From Candidatus Aenigmatarchaeota archaeon (GTDB lineage Archaea; Aenigmatarchaeota; Aenigmatarchaeia; QMZP01; JAUXAV01), in NCBI GenBank assembly GCA_030619735.1, contig JAUXAV010000001.1:1-42178 (forward strand): DNA of 42,178 nucleotides, written 5' to 3'. Positions 17,731 to 27,507 of this stretch are shown piece after piece. A program made the position numbers and the translations under genes. The first letter of the stretch is position 1. Every line of letters begins with the position of its first letter. Under the pieces are notes generated by a model that saw only the letters and a list, made by a program, of their open reading frames with translations, had not been told where the DNA came from and made no database searches.

Positions 17731-19335
17731 TTATTGGCTTACTTCATAGATTATGAAGATTCTCTGCTCGTCTCTATATATTTCCTTGGCTTTTTTAAAC
17801 CTGGAATCATTCTCAATTTCATTGTATGGTTCTGAGCGAAATGTGTAATCTGGTGGTATTCTGCCGTTACAGTATGGCCTTTTTACAAACGGTATTTCGA
17901 AGGGGCCAAACTTTGGATGAAAGTATGCAGTGACCCCAGACTCCTCGTAATCGTAATAAATCGATATAACAACATAATCCACCCCGTTATTCTTAAACCA
18001 ATTATAATCGAACAATTTGTAGATTGTATAATTCCCCGATTTCCTTATATTGAAATATTCCAAATAATCAGGATGGCTTATATTAATCAATATATTCATA
18101 AATTTGTCAAATTCCATTTTTTTGCCATTAAACTCTGTGTATCGTGGCACGGAAAGTATGTTCTTCGTTGTGGTTGACTTTAAGTAGTATGGTAAGTATT
18201 CAGTGGCTATGGTGATATCCCCTTCAATAGAGTTTATATATTTCGATAGCTCTTCTGTGCCCCATAAACTTTTCTCTTCCAGGTCTATTAAATAAACAGT
18301 GTTCATGAATGATGCTAAAACAAGGACAGAGAAAATGCCGTAAACTAATCTTTTGTCTAGTTTACTCTGTGCTGCAACGAACCCTTTCGATGCGAATATG
18401 GCAAAAATTGGGATTAAAAGAGAAAGATATCTTAGTCTTAAATGCCCTGACCAGATGAAAAAACCAGTATACATCAATAAGCATATTAAGAAAAACACGC
18501 CTTTTTTTTCATTCCTTACAAACAACATGCCTAAGATTGAAAATAACAGCGTTGGTACAAAAACGAATTTTGTCAACTCGGATATATTCCATGGTGATAT
18601 AAAGAATGTTAGTTGTCTTGTTACAAGAATGTTTGCTCCGGAAAATATACTAAAAAACAAATAAGCAAGAACAAATATGATGGGAACTAAAGCTGCCGAA
18701 ATGATAAATTCTTTTGATATAAAGATTCTGGGCTTCTTTCTGTACAGGACGTAAATCAAGAGGGGAATTAAAAAAATTATTATGTTGAATTTAAGAAGCA
18801 TCCCAAGAGAAAGGGATAATGCTGAAAACAAGAAATACTTTTTATCCCTTTCTACACCTAAGTAGAAATTAAATATAAAGAGTGCCGAAAAAACCGCCAA
18901 AGGTATATCAGTCAATACCGATAGTCCCCACCTCCAAAAAAAGGGGAACGTAAAAATGAAGATGGTTGATAAAAAGGCCTCTTTTTTCCCATAAATTTTC
19001 CTTACGTAAAAATACGTGACCAAAAGTAGGAGATTCATAAAAATTATTGGTATGAGAATTCTGGCACCATTAATCCCAATACCTGATAATATGGATAATG
19101 AAATAATAGAGGGGATAAAAGGTAGTCTGTGAGTGAAATCATCCGGGTATTCTCCGATTAGAATGGATTTCCCGACAAATATATAATTAGTCTCGTCTGG
19201 ACTAAGTGAATTAAGATCCATAAAAATCGGGATAAGTATTGTTGTGAGCAATAAAACAGTAAGAATAAACATTAATTCATTTCTTTTGATATTTTTCATA
19301 ATTTTTGATTGCACTTCTGACACCTCATACTTCAC
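17731..19335 (-). CDS. GT-C fold membrane glycosyltransferase (ArnT/PMT, GT39/83-like) with C-terminal soluble domain
   Basis: 534 aa, many hydrophobic segments. First-loop PDETNY..G motif (D-E of GT-C enzymes). C-terminal tail ...RIFIIYEVSQ is shared with the other GT-C paralogues. Very AT-rich: lines at 18301 and 19021 count 21 and 19 G+C of 60. Confidence 0.7.
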   Translation of the reverse strand: MKYEVSEVQSKIMKNIKRNELMFILTVLLLTTILIPIFMDLNSLSPDETNYIFVGKSILIGEYPDDFTHRLPFIPSIISLSILSGIGINGARILIPIIFMNLLLLVTYFYVRKIYGKKEAFLSTIFIFTFPFFWRWGLSVLTDIPLAVFSALFIFNFYLGVERDKKYFLFSALSLSLGMLLKFNIIIFLIPLLIYVLYRKKPRIFISKEFIISAALVPIIFVLAYLFFSIFSGANILVTRQLTFFISPWNISELTKFVFVPTLLFSILGMLFVRNEKKGVFFLICLLMYTGFFIWSGHLRLRYLSLLIPIFAIFASKGFVAAQSKLDKRLVYGIFSVLVLASFMNTVYLIDLEEKSLWGTEELSKYINSIEGDITIATEYLPYYLKSTTTKNILSVPRYTEFNGKKMEFDKFMNILINISHPDYLEYFNIRKSGNYTIYKLFDYNWFKNNGVDYVVISIYYDYEESGVTAYFHPKFGPFEIPFVKRPYCNGRIPPDYTFRSEPYNEIENDSRFKKAKEIYRDEQRIFIIYEVSQ

Positions 19336-19518
19336 AAAGTGAAATATAAATGGACATCAAGGAATTGACACATATATAGACTTTAATAGAATAATTAGTA
19401 GGCGGCAATATAAATCTTCCTCAACCGGCACAATTCTATGCCAAGCTCCAATACACAGTTAATTATTTATACCCAGTAGTTGAAATAAATCTATCTATAA
19501 TAAGTTTTGGTAATTTGA

Positions 19519-20238
19519 ATGGTCAAGAAAAAAAAAATGAGTGAGAAATATCTACTCAAACACCGCTACCTGATCACAGACAAGCGATATTTAATATATA
19601 CAAAAGAACTGTACGGTAGAATTGCTAAATCAGTAGCAAAAAGGCTTGCAAAAACCAGGATAACCCCTAATCAGGTAACTATACTTTCACTTTTTTTGGG
19701 TTTAATTTCTGGCCTGTTGTTCTCATTCGGATATCAGATATATTTGATAATTGGTATTGTCTTATTGCAGCTTTCTGTATTTCTTGACTATCTTGATGGT
19801 AATTTGGCCAGGGAAAAAAATTCAATGAGCGCTTTTGGGTGTTGGCTGGATAGTTTCGGGGACAGGATAATTGATTTCTTTGTTTTTTTCGGTTTAGCGT
19901 GGGGTGCCTTTTCCATAACGGGCAATTATTTAATTTGGATTCTATGTTCACTTATTTTAGGTGGGCACTATCTGATAGTGTTTAATTATCTAGCAGTCAT
20001 AGTAAGTATTTATGAAATGAGAATTACGAAGAAAATAGAAACGAGCAGATTTATGAAAATTTTCGGGTATTCCAGAAGCAATATATACCTTTTGTTGGTG
20101 GTTTTTGTTTTGCTAAACAACATTTTATGGTATTTTTATTTGATGAGTATTTATTCTTGGTTGTGCTATCTGGGCTCTGTTTCTTTTTTCACAATAAAAA
20201 TTAAGAAATACAGTGAATCAAGGAAGGATTCTACGTAA
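19519..20238 (+). CDS. CDP-alcohol phosphatidyltransferase family protein
   Basis: DYLDGNLAREKNSMSAFGCWLDSFGDRIID fits DGx2ARx8Gx3Dx3D. Multi-pass membrane protein. An A10 tract (19528-19537) lies between two in-frame ATGs at 19519 and 19537. Confidence 0.8.
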   Translation: MVKKKKMSEKYLLKHRYLITDKRYLIYTKELYGRIAKSVAKRLAKTRITPNQVTILSLFLGLISGLLFSFGYQIYLIIGIVLLQLSVFLDYLDGNLAREKNSMSAFGCWLDSFGDRIIDFFVFFGLAWGAFSITGNYLIWILCSLILGGHYLIVFNYLAVIVSIYEMRITKKIETSRFMKIFGYSRSNIYLLLVVFVLLNNILWYFYLMSIYSWLCYLGSVSFFTIKIKKYSESRKDST

Positions 20239-20266
20239 TGTTCATGGTACAAAGCATTTTTCACTT

Positions 20267-21856
20267 TCATTTTTTCTTGTAAATGAATGTCCTAGTATTA
20301 GGAAGGTTGCCCTCAATAGTTTTCACCAGTTCAAAAGCTTTGTGTTTGCTGGCAAACTCCAGCAAGTCATACTCGCTATCTATTTTCGTGTATTCCTCAT
20401 GCACAATGATATAATTCACCTTTGGGTATTCTATGTTGAACCTTGCCCATTCCGGCTCTGAATATTTGCCTTCTATCATCTGTTCCAGTTCGCTCTCCTT
20501 ACGGGGCATGTAGAATAAGTATATCTTTCTTTCCTTGTCAAGGAGGGCAAAACTGAAAGCCTGGCCCCTGTACTGGGAACTTATGATACTGGTCTCTGAT
20601 TCTGTATCTTCTATTACATACAGGGAAGCTTCATCAAACTTTCCCACTGGAAACTCGTTTCCGGTTGCAATTAAGAAATGCGAGCACTGGGCAACAGCAA
20701 GAATCATTATGGCAATCACAACTGGGTGCCAGATTTTTTTAAATAGCTTGATAATTACCCTTGAGGTGGGTATGATTATAAAGGGGATTATGTAAATCAT
20801 GAACCTTGGTTGTGCCCCGCCATATATGGAAAAGGTTATGAAGAAGACCAGGACCATAACTATTGAAGCCTTTTCTACTATATTTAATGCCCTAATTTTT
20901 TTGACTAGGAATACTATGGCCAAGATGAAGAATGGTATCAGGTACCAAGTATGGAGGATGGTTGAGATATAGAACACGAAATTCTGCAGTGATGAAAGCC
21001 CTATATAGCTTCGTTTTGTCCCGTCCATAAGCGGGAAACCTTCAACGGCACTTTTCTCAAACCCTCCGGCATGTTCTGTCCATTTGCCCAGTCCTGAGAG
21101 GCCCTGGGTTTCTAGGACTGCAAGCTCTATAATCCAGGGACTCAGAAAAATGAAAAACAAAATAATCGATACAGCAATCTGCTTGTGCTTTTTCCTTAAG
21201 GATGAAAAAGATAATCCTCTGTGCCAGAGCAGGGTAAGGAAAAGAACGGGTAGTATCAAGACCATGGGAGGCTTTGTAAGAATTGCCAGGGCTGAGCCTA
21301 TTGCAGTGAGGTAGAGATACCTGCTCTTGTTCTTCAGGGAATACAGGGAGAAATAATAAACTGTTATGACCAGGAACATGGTTGATGCAATTTCCAGCAG
21401 AAGGCTGGTTGAGTAATAGAAAATCAGGGGATTGAAGGCTATTAGGAAAACCCCCAGGAATGCCACTCTCCTGTCCTTGTAGCAGAGCTTGGATAATTTG
21501 TATGCGAAAAAGAGTAGAATCATTACCTCTATTATGGAAGGCAGTATAGTTATAAACCTGCTCACACCAAACAGAAGGTAGATCAGCCCTAGGAAGATGA
21601 AATGAAAAGGACTATATGCCAGGAAGGAACCAAAGGATTTGTAATGCATATGGTGGCTTATGGCCAGGTCACTTAGTTCTGAGAAAGAGATGGTAGGATT
21701 TGAAAGCCATGCAGTTCCCAGCTCATTGACAAACAACCCTGCAGCAGCGTGGTTGCCCTCATCACCCGTCATCCTGTTAATATTGATTGTGGTCAGGCTG
21801 AGGACAAGGCTGAATAGCAATATAAAAATTAATATAAACTTATTTTCTTTATTCAT
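20267..21856 (-). CDS. GT-C fold membrane glycosyltransferase (ArnT/PMT-like) with C-terminal soluble domain
   Basis: 529 aa. N-terminal TM then MTGDEGNHAAAG first-loop motif, more than 10 hydrophobic segments, ~130-aa soluble C-terminus. Confidence 0.7.
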   Translation of the reverse strand: MNKENKFILIFILLFSLVLSLTTININRMTGDEGNHAAAGLFVNELGTAWLSNPTISFSELSDLAISHHMHYKSFGSFLAYSPFHFIFLGLIYLLFGVSRFITILPSIIEVMILLFFAYKLSKLCYKDRRVAFLGVFLIAFNPLIFYYSTSLLLEIASTMFLVITVYYFSLYSLKNKSRYLYLTAIGSALAILTKPPMVLILPVLFLTLLWHRGLSFSSLRKKHKQIAVSIILFFIFLSPWIIELAVLETQGLSGLGKWTEHAGGFEKSAVEGFPLMDGTKRSYIGLSSLQNFVFYISTILHTWYLIPFFILAIVFLVKKIRALNIVEKASIVMVLVFFITFSIYGGAQPRFMIYIIPFIIIPTSRVIIKLFKKIWHPVVIAIMILAVAQCSHFLIATGNEFPVGKFDEASLYVIEDTESETSIISSQYRGQAFSFALLDKERKIYLFYMPRKESELEQMIEGKYSEPEWARFNIEYPKVNYIIVHEEYTKIDSEYDLLEFASKHKAFELVKTIEGNLPNTRTFIYKKK

Positions 21857-21893
21857 AATAAATATAAGAAAAGTAGTATATAAATTAGATATT

Positions 21894-22580
21894 ATGCAGC
21901 CACAAATTTCTATAATAATCCCATGTTATAATGAGGAAGAGAACATAGGAGAATGTATAAGAAGGATTCCAAAATTAGAAAAGAGCAGTGAAATACTTGT
22001 AGTTGATGACGGTAGTAGTGATAGGACAGCAGAAATGGCTAGAAATGCCAAGAGGGAAAATATCATGGTTATAAGGTATGTGAAAAACAGGGGTAAGGGC
22101 TATGCCTTTAGGGTGGGGTTAAAGAACGCAAGGGGCGAGGTTGTCCTTATCCAAGATGCAGATATGGCAACGCCACCTGAGGATATACCCAACATAGTAA
22201 AGCCCATCCTTGAGGGAAGGGCTGATTTTGTCAATGGAACAAGGTTTGTGTATCCTATGGAAAGCGGAGCCATGAAGAGTATGCATGTCTTTGGCAACAG
22301 GGTTTTTGCATTCCTGGTTTCGGTTATGATAAGGAAGTGGCTGACTGATACCCTCTGCGGCTTCAAAGCATTTAGGAAGAGCATGCTAAAGGGGGAATTG
22401 CATGAGGACAGCTGGCCTGATTTTGAACTCCTCTTTATGGCAAAGAAGAGCGGCATGAGAATTACAGAGGTGCCCATTCACTATAAGAGAAGAAAGGCAG
22501 GGGAGAGTAAGATGAAAACCTTCAGCCATGCATATAAGATGTTCAGGATGCTTGCAAGGTCATTGCTTGGTACATATTGA
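21894..22580 (+). CDS. GT2 glycosyltransferase, polyprenyl-phosphate sugar synthase (DPM1/ArnC)-like
   Basis: MQPQISIIIPCYNEE, VVDDGSSDRT, IQDADMATPPED. The track ORF starts at 21660, but its first 78 codons overlap the GT-C gene on the other strand, so I place the start at ATG 21894. Confidence 0.8.
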   Translation: MQPQISIIIPCYNEEENIGECIRRIPKLEKSSEILVVDDGSSDRTAEMARNAKRENIMVIRYVKNRGKGYAFRVGLKNARGEVVLIQDADMATPPEDIPNIVKPILEGRADFVNGTRFVYPMESGAMKSMHVFGNRVFAFLVSVMIRKWLTDTLCGFKAFRKSMLKGELHEDSWPDFELLFMAKKSGMRITEVPIHYKRRKAGESKMKTFSHAYKMFRMLARSLLGTY

Positions 22581-22593
22581 ATAATTGCTAAAG

Positions 22594-23646
22594 TTACCTG
22601 CCCTTGGACAGTAGGACCCTGTGTATTTCCTCAAAAATATCCTCCAGTCCTATTCTTATATCCCATCTGGGGAAGTGCTTCCTTGCCTTGCTAATATTGG
22701 AAATCCACCATATGTGGTCAGCCTCTCTTTCCGGCCCAAGTTTGTAATTCATTTTCTTGCCTGTTATCTTCTCTATAAGATCTAGTGCCTCAAGTATGGA
22801 GATGGAATTTTTCCTTGAGCCTCCTATATTGTAAACCTCCCCGGGCTTCGGATTTTTGATGAACTCTAGGAAGAGCATTGCCAGGTCTTTGGCATGGATA
22901 ACATCCCTGACCTGATAGCCACCGTAACCAAATACTGTCAGCTCCTCTCCTGTAAGTGCCTTCTTAACAAAATAAGGCTCCCAGTTGTGCATTTCAACCG
23001 CCCTTGCGGCCCCTCCTGTTATACAGCCCATTCTGAAGCTGCCTGTCTTGAGGCCATAAAGGCGTGCATACTCCTGTACATATAGGTCTGCTGCTGCCTT
23101 GCTTACCCCAAAGGGCGTATGCATATTCCGGTCAATTCTGAGGTTCTCATCAAACCCTTCCCTCAGGGCAGGGTCAATTGGCTCAAATCTTTTGCCAACC
23201 TTCTTGTATTTAAAATAGTTCGGCATCTCCCCATATACTTTGTTGGTGGAGCAGAAAACAAAAACCGCATCCTTATTGTGTTTCCTGACCCTTTCCAGCA
23301 AAGAGAGTGTCCCCTGTGCATTGATTTGAAAATCTTCCAAGGGTAGCTCAATCGATTTCGGATGCGATGGCTGAGCTGCTGTATGGATTATAGCATCTGC
23401 CTTCTTTATCAGTGGAAGCATTCCCTCACCCCTGAAATCCATCTCGTGGTGCTCTATGTTATAGTTCTTCAAAAGCTCTTCTATTATGGCTTTCGTACTG
23501 CCCTCCTCGCCAAAGAGTTTGCCTCTCATATAGTTGTCAATACTTATAACCTTCCAGCCCCTATCTGAAAATAGCCTGCAGCACTCCGAACCAACTAACC
23601 CTGCACCGCCTGTGATCAGAACTGTTGTCATACTCAAATCTTTCAC
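22594..23646 (-). CDS. Extended SDR, CDP-paratose/tyvelose 2-epimerase-like, with FxxxK in place of YxxxK
   Basis: VLITGGAGLVGS. TPFGVSKAAADLYVQEYARLYGL aligns with the PYGxSKxAADxY..YA...GL block of this SDR group, but the catalytic Tyr position is Phe. Confidence 0.6.
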   Translation of the reverse strand: MKDLSMTTVLITGGAGLVGSECCRLFSDRGWKVISIDNYMRGKLFGEEGSTKAIIEELLKNYNIEHHEMDFRGEGMLPLIKKADAIIHTAAQPSHPKSIELPLEDFQINAQGTLSLLERVRKHNKDAVFVFCSTNKVYGEMPNYFKYKKVGKRFEPIDPALREGFDENLRIDRNMHTPFGVSKAAADLYVQEYARLYGLKTGSFRMGCITGGAARAVEMHNWEPYFVKKALTGEELTVFGYGGYQVRDVIHAKDLAMLFLEFIKNPKPGEVYNIGGSRKNSISILEALDLIEKITGKKMNYKLGPEREADHIWWISNISKARKHFPRWDIRIGLEDIFEEIHRVLLSKGR

Positions 23647-23662
23647 ATATTAATTTATATGT

Positions 23663-23890
23663 TTATATTATCCCATAATATGGACCATACAGCGTCCTGA
23701 TATAAATCCCTACATCCCCTGCGCTAAGACCGACAGATGTAATGCTCCAGAACCTGAGGACTATGCCCAATATTATAATCAGGGCAAGTATAATTAGTGT
23801 CTTGTGTTTCATAGCCTGCTCCAGCATCGTTAATAAATGGAAATACGCATATAAATGCATTGCATAGGCATTACAAAACCCCTCAAACAT
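23663..23890 (-). pseudogene. Possible N-terminal stub of a GT-C glycosyltransferase
   Basis: From the internal Met: MKHKTLIILALIIILGIVLRFWSITSVGLSAGDVGIYIRTLYG resembles the signal-anchor plus first-loop (GDEG / PDET) start of the GT-C paralogues. It is divergent from a GT2 gene exactly as at 20267/21894. The ORF stops after ~49 residues. Confidence 0.35.
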
Positions 23891-23929
23891 TCAGAATTTA
23901 TTTAAATACCCAAGGATTACCTTTAAATT

Positions 23930-24778
23930 ATGCTGAGCATAGTAATCCCGACATACAATGAGGAGGAGGGAATTGACCAGGTTCTTGGAGAGATAAAGGG
24001 AGTAATGGCAAAATTAAAGGAGAAGAGCGAGATAATCGTTGTTGATGATGGCTCCCAGGACAGGACTGCTGAGATTGCAAAAAAGCACAAGGTGAAGCTG
24101 ATAAGGAATCCCTACAACAGGGGGTATGGGTTTTCCATAAAAAGGGGAATAAAGGAGTCCAAAGGCGACTGGATTCTCATAACAGATGCAGACGGCACAT
24201 ACCCTGTGAAGGACATACCCAGGCTTCTGGAATATACAGGGGAATATGATATGGTGGTGGGCGCAAGAACAGGAAAGAATGTCAAGATACCCCTTATGAG
24301 GAGGCCGGCAAAGTTCATGCTCGGGAGGGTGGCCAACTACCTGACCGGGGTGAAGATACCTGACCTGAACTCAGGGTTCAGGGTGTTCAGGAAGGATATA
24401 GCCCTGAGGTTTTTCAATCTCTTCCCCTATGGTTTCTCCTTCACCACAACCATAACCATGGCCTGCCTCAGCAATGAGTACCTGGTCAAGTATGTGCCGA
24501 TAGACTACCATAGGAGGAAGGGAAAATCCAGTATGAAGAGAAGGGAGTTCATAAACTTCAATATCTTGATGCTCAGGATGATAATGTATTTCAAGCCCCT
24601 CAAGATATTCATGCCGAGTGCAGCGGTGCTATTCATAATAGGCATTGTCCTTTTGCTGTGGGACCTTATCATAAGGTTTAATGTTACAGAGCTCTCTGTT
24701 ATGATAATACTGGTTTCATTCCTGGTTGGGTTCCTGGGCCTGATTGCAGACCTGGTGGTTAAGAAAACAAGTGAATAA
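23930..24778 (+). CDS. GT2 glycosyltransferase with two C-terminal TM helices (GtrB/ArnC architecture)
   Basis: MLSIVIPTYNEE, VVDDGSQDRT, ITDADGTYP. C-terminal hydrophobic segments AAVLFIIGIVLLLW and VMIILVSFLVGFLGLIADLVV. Confidence 0.85.
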   Translation: MLSIVIPTYNEEEGIDQVLGEIKGVMAKLKEKSEIIVVDDGSQDRTAEIAKKHKVKLIRNPYNRGYGFSIKRGIKESKGDWILITDADGTYPVKDIPRLLEYTGEYDMVVGARTGKNVKIPLMRRPAKFMLGRVANYLTGVKIPDLNSGFRVFRKDIALRFFNLFPYGFSFTTTITMACLSNEYLVKYVPIDYHRRKGKSSMKRREFINFNILMLRMIMYFKPLKIFMPSAAVLFIIGIVLLLWDLIIRFNVTELSVMIILVSFLVGFLGLIADLVVKKTSE

Positions 24779-24783
24779 AAGCC

Positions 24784-26286
24784 CTATTTTTCTATCCTTT
24801 CCTTAAGGGCGCCCCTTACCTTTTCCGCGAATATGTATTCAAATGGGAATGAGAAGAATCGGTGCTTCCATCTTGCGGCTGCAGTTGGCCTGAAGATTCT
24901 CATGAAGAGGCTGTAAATGGATTTTGTCTGCTTCCAGAGTATATATTCTGAATCCGAGCCGTGGAGTAGGAAGTTGGAGTACATGATGGCCTTATAAAAC
25001 CACATATTATCAAGGTAGTTGTATTCCATTTCCTCCCTGAATCTCCCCCAGTCCTCAAGCCTCTGGGGAGATTTCCATCCCATTTGAACCACCCGATTGA
25101 ACAGCTCACTTCCTGGGTATGGAGCAAAGAGGGAGACAGCGTGCGCTATCTTGGGGTTGATTTTGTTTATAGCATCTATCAATCTTACGGTTTTAATGGC
25201 ATCGGCCTTTGTCTCTCCTGGTATCCCCACCATCCAAGAATACTTGGCGCCGATTCCGTATTCCGTGGAAAGCCTTGCAGAATCCAGTATCTGTTCCAGT
25301 GTTATGTCCTTGTGGATGAGGTCAAGTATCCTCTGTGAGCCAGATTCTGCACCAAAGGCAACATGATGGCATTCAGTATCCTTAAGGCTCTGGAAGAGGC
25401 TGTCTGTTTTATGGACATCCACCCGGAATCCGTCCTCTATTGCCCATACAAGGCCAAGGTCCTTGAAGAGTTCCCCTATCTTCACTATCCTTTTCTCAGG
25501 GCCCATGAAGGCATCGTCAATAACTATTCTTTTGACCCCGGCCTTTACCAAAGGCTGAATCTCCCTTTCTATTTTCTTGGGGCCCCAGGCGCGGTAAATC
25601 CTTTTCGTGCAGAGGAGATTCCAGCAGAATGAACACCTGAAGGGGCACCCCTTGCTGGTTATGATATGTATGGTCTTTAGGCCGCCGGAGTCAAAGATGT
25701 ATCTTTTGAGATTAATCAGGTCCAGGGCCATTGAAACCTCCTTGTCCCAGTCCCTTATAATGGGCCTATCTTCTGTATGCACTGGTTTGCCGTTGCGCTT
25801 AAAGGTAAGGCCCTTAACCGAGCTGATATCCCTACTGTCCTTCAGGGCGTCCGCCAGCTCCACAGATGTTATCTCCCCCTCCCCTCTGCAGACTATGTCG
25901 ATGTTGGGGTTTATTACTGTCTGCTCTGGCAGGATATCCGGATGCGGCCCGCCCCAGACTATTTTTGTGTCCGGACTTGCCTGCTTTATGAACCTTGAGA
26001 GCTCAATTGCATCCAGTATGATAGGTCCTGTGAAAATCGTGAATCCCACGAAAAGTATCCTGTTCTCGCGGAGCGCCTTCACCAGGTCCTTTCGGTCATC
26101 CAGCCTGTCGTCAAAAATAAGCACCCTGTATCCGGCCCTGCGCAGGCTTGATGCTAAGAAAAGCGGGCCGTAAGGCAGGTTTACTATCTTGTACGGAGAG
26201 ACAATGTTTGGCTGTATCAGGATTATGTCCACCTTTGATGGACAGCTGTTGCCCTTAGGCAACATTATGTCATATTTTCCTTTCAT
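24784..26286 (-). CDS. B12-binding-domain radical SAM protein (class B type)
   Basis: 500 aa. LFLASSLRRAGYRVLIFD...VWGGPHPD cobalamin-domain-like N-terminus and TSKGCPFRCSFC (CX3CX2C). Last gene of a long minus-strand operon. Confidence 0.8.
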   Translation of the reverse strand: MKGKYDIMLPKGNSCPSKVDIILIQPNIVSPYKIVNLPYGPLFLASSLRRAGYRVLIFDDRLDDRKDLVKALRENRILFVGFTIFTGPIILDAIELSRFIKQASPDTKIVWGGPHPDILPEQTVINPNIDIVCRGEGEITSVELADALKDSRDISSVKGLTFKRNGKPVHTEDRPIIRDWDKEVSMALDLINLKRYIFDSGGLKTIHIITSKGCPFRCSFCWNLLCTKRIYRAWGPKKIEREIQPLVKAGVKRIVIDDAFMGPEKRIVKIGELFKDLGLVWAIEDGFRVDVHKTDSLFQSLKDTECHHVAFGAESGSQRILDLIHKDITLEQILDSARLSTEYGIGAKYSWMVGIPGETKADAIKTVRLIDAINKINPKIAHAVSLFAPYPGSELFNRVVQMGWKSPQRLEDWGRFREEMEYNYLDNMWFYKAIMYSNFLLHGSDSEYILWKQTKSIYSLFMRIFRPTAAARWKHRFFSFPFEYIFAEKVRGALKERIEK

Positions 26287-26322
26287 TAAAAATCTATTCC
26301 ATGGAATGTTTTAAATATTAAT

Positions 26323-27504
26323 CTAAGCCACCCTTCTATAGACCTTCATTATGTCAAGGGAGACCCTTGCCCATGAATAGTCTTTGATTGCCTTCTCCCT
26401 GCAGGCCCTTCCGAGCTTCTTTATCCTTTTTTCATCATTAAGGAGGCCTGCAAGCATTTCTGCAAACTCATGGAAATCCTGTGCACTGGCATAGACACCG
26501 AGGTTTCCGAGTATGTGCCTGTTTACTGGATAGTCAAAAACCACGCTCGGGATTCCCATTGCCATGTAATTATAAACCTTTTCATTGCCCTCACCAGAGG
26601 TGATTATCTTTGGTGAAACCCCCACATGCGCCAGGGAAAGGTATCTGGGGATGTCAAAATAGCTTACCTTGCCTGTGAAGGTGATGTTATCCTGCACCCC
26701 GAGCCTCCTTGCCATCCTTGAGTAGTGCTCGATATTCGGGAAGCCTATTATAAGGAAGTGTGTTTCAGGTGCCTCCTTCAGCACTTCGGGTATGGAGCCT
26801 ATAAGACCGTCGATTCCCTGATAGGGATGGAGCGTGCCTATGTATGTGACAACCCTCCTTCCCTGGGGGATTGAAACCCTTTTCCTGATATTGCCTGGCT
26901 TCACATCCGGGGAGAAGATATCCGTGTCAACACCGTCACCTATAACCGTGACCCTTTCCTGGTCTATCCCGAAATCTTCCGTCAGGACCTTTGCGTTCTG
27001 GTTGGAGCTTGTTATTATCTCGTCTGCACGGCGGTTCAGCATCCCCTCGATGCGATGCCAGAATCTGTAAGAAGTGCTGCCCTTTCTTAGGAAGTGCTTT
27101 GCCAGCATCTCCCCTGTGAGCGAGCCTTCGGCATCAAATACAATGGGCCTCCTTCTGAAGAGCCGGAGCAGACTCCCGACAGCAACCCCTTCATGCAGAA
27201 AGGCGTGTATTATATCATAGTCCCTCTCTAAGAACCTCTTTAGTGCAATAGAGGATAAGAGCACATCCAGATAAATCTTATGGAAATTGGCACCCACGGC
27301 TGTGCTTCTATACCATGGGATGCTGGGTATCCTTTTAATCTCAATGCCCTTTATATTCCTGCCCAGATGGTATGCAAAAACCGTGACCCTGTTGCCGAGC
27401 TTCTGGAGTGACCTTACCTCTTCCAATACGCGGATGGGGGTTCCTCTGTCCTCAAAGAAGGGGACAGGAGATATGTTTGCAATCCTGTACATAGTTATAA
27501 ACAC
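26323..27504 (-). CDS. Glycosyltransferase, GT4-like (GT-B fold)
   Basis: 393 aa. Two-Rossmann GT-B layout. Divergent C-terminal motif SGEGNEKVYNYMAMGIPSVV in the glycos_transf_1 position. Confidence 0.65.
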   Translation of the reverse strand: MFITMYRIANISPVPFFEDRGTPIRVLEEVRSLQKLGNRVTVFAYHLGRNIKGIEIKRIPSIPWYRSTAVGANFHKIYLDVLLSSIALKRFLERDYDIIHAFLHEGVAVGSLLRLFRRRPIVFDAEGSLTGEMLAKHFLRKGSTSYRFWHRIEGMLNRRADEIITSSNQNAKVLTEDFGIDQERVTVIGDGVDTDIFSPDVKPGNIRKRVSIPQGRRVVTYIGTLHPYQGIDGLIGSIPEVLKEAPETHFLIIGFPNIEHYSRMARRLGVQDNITFTGKVSYFDIPRYLSLAHVGVSPKIITSGEGNEKVYNYMAMGIPSVVFDYPVNRHILGNLGVYASAQDFHEFAEMLAGLLNDEKRIKKLGRACREKAIKDYSWARVSLDIMKVYRRVA

Positions 27505-27507
27505 ACA

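Noticed and set aside
21660-21893. 78-codon N-terminal extension of the GT2 ORF given in the track
   Set aside because: It overlaps the 5' end of the GT-C gene on the other strand. The canonical GT2 N-terminus (MQPQISIIIPCYNEE) starts at ATG 21894, after an AT-rich promoter-like spacer.
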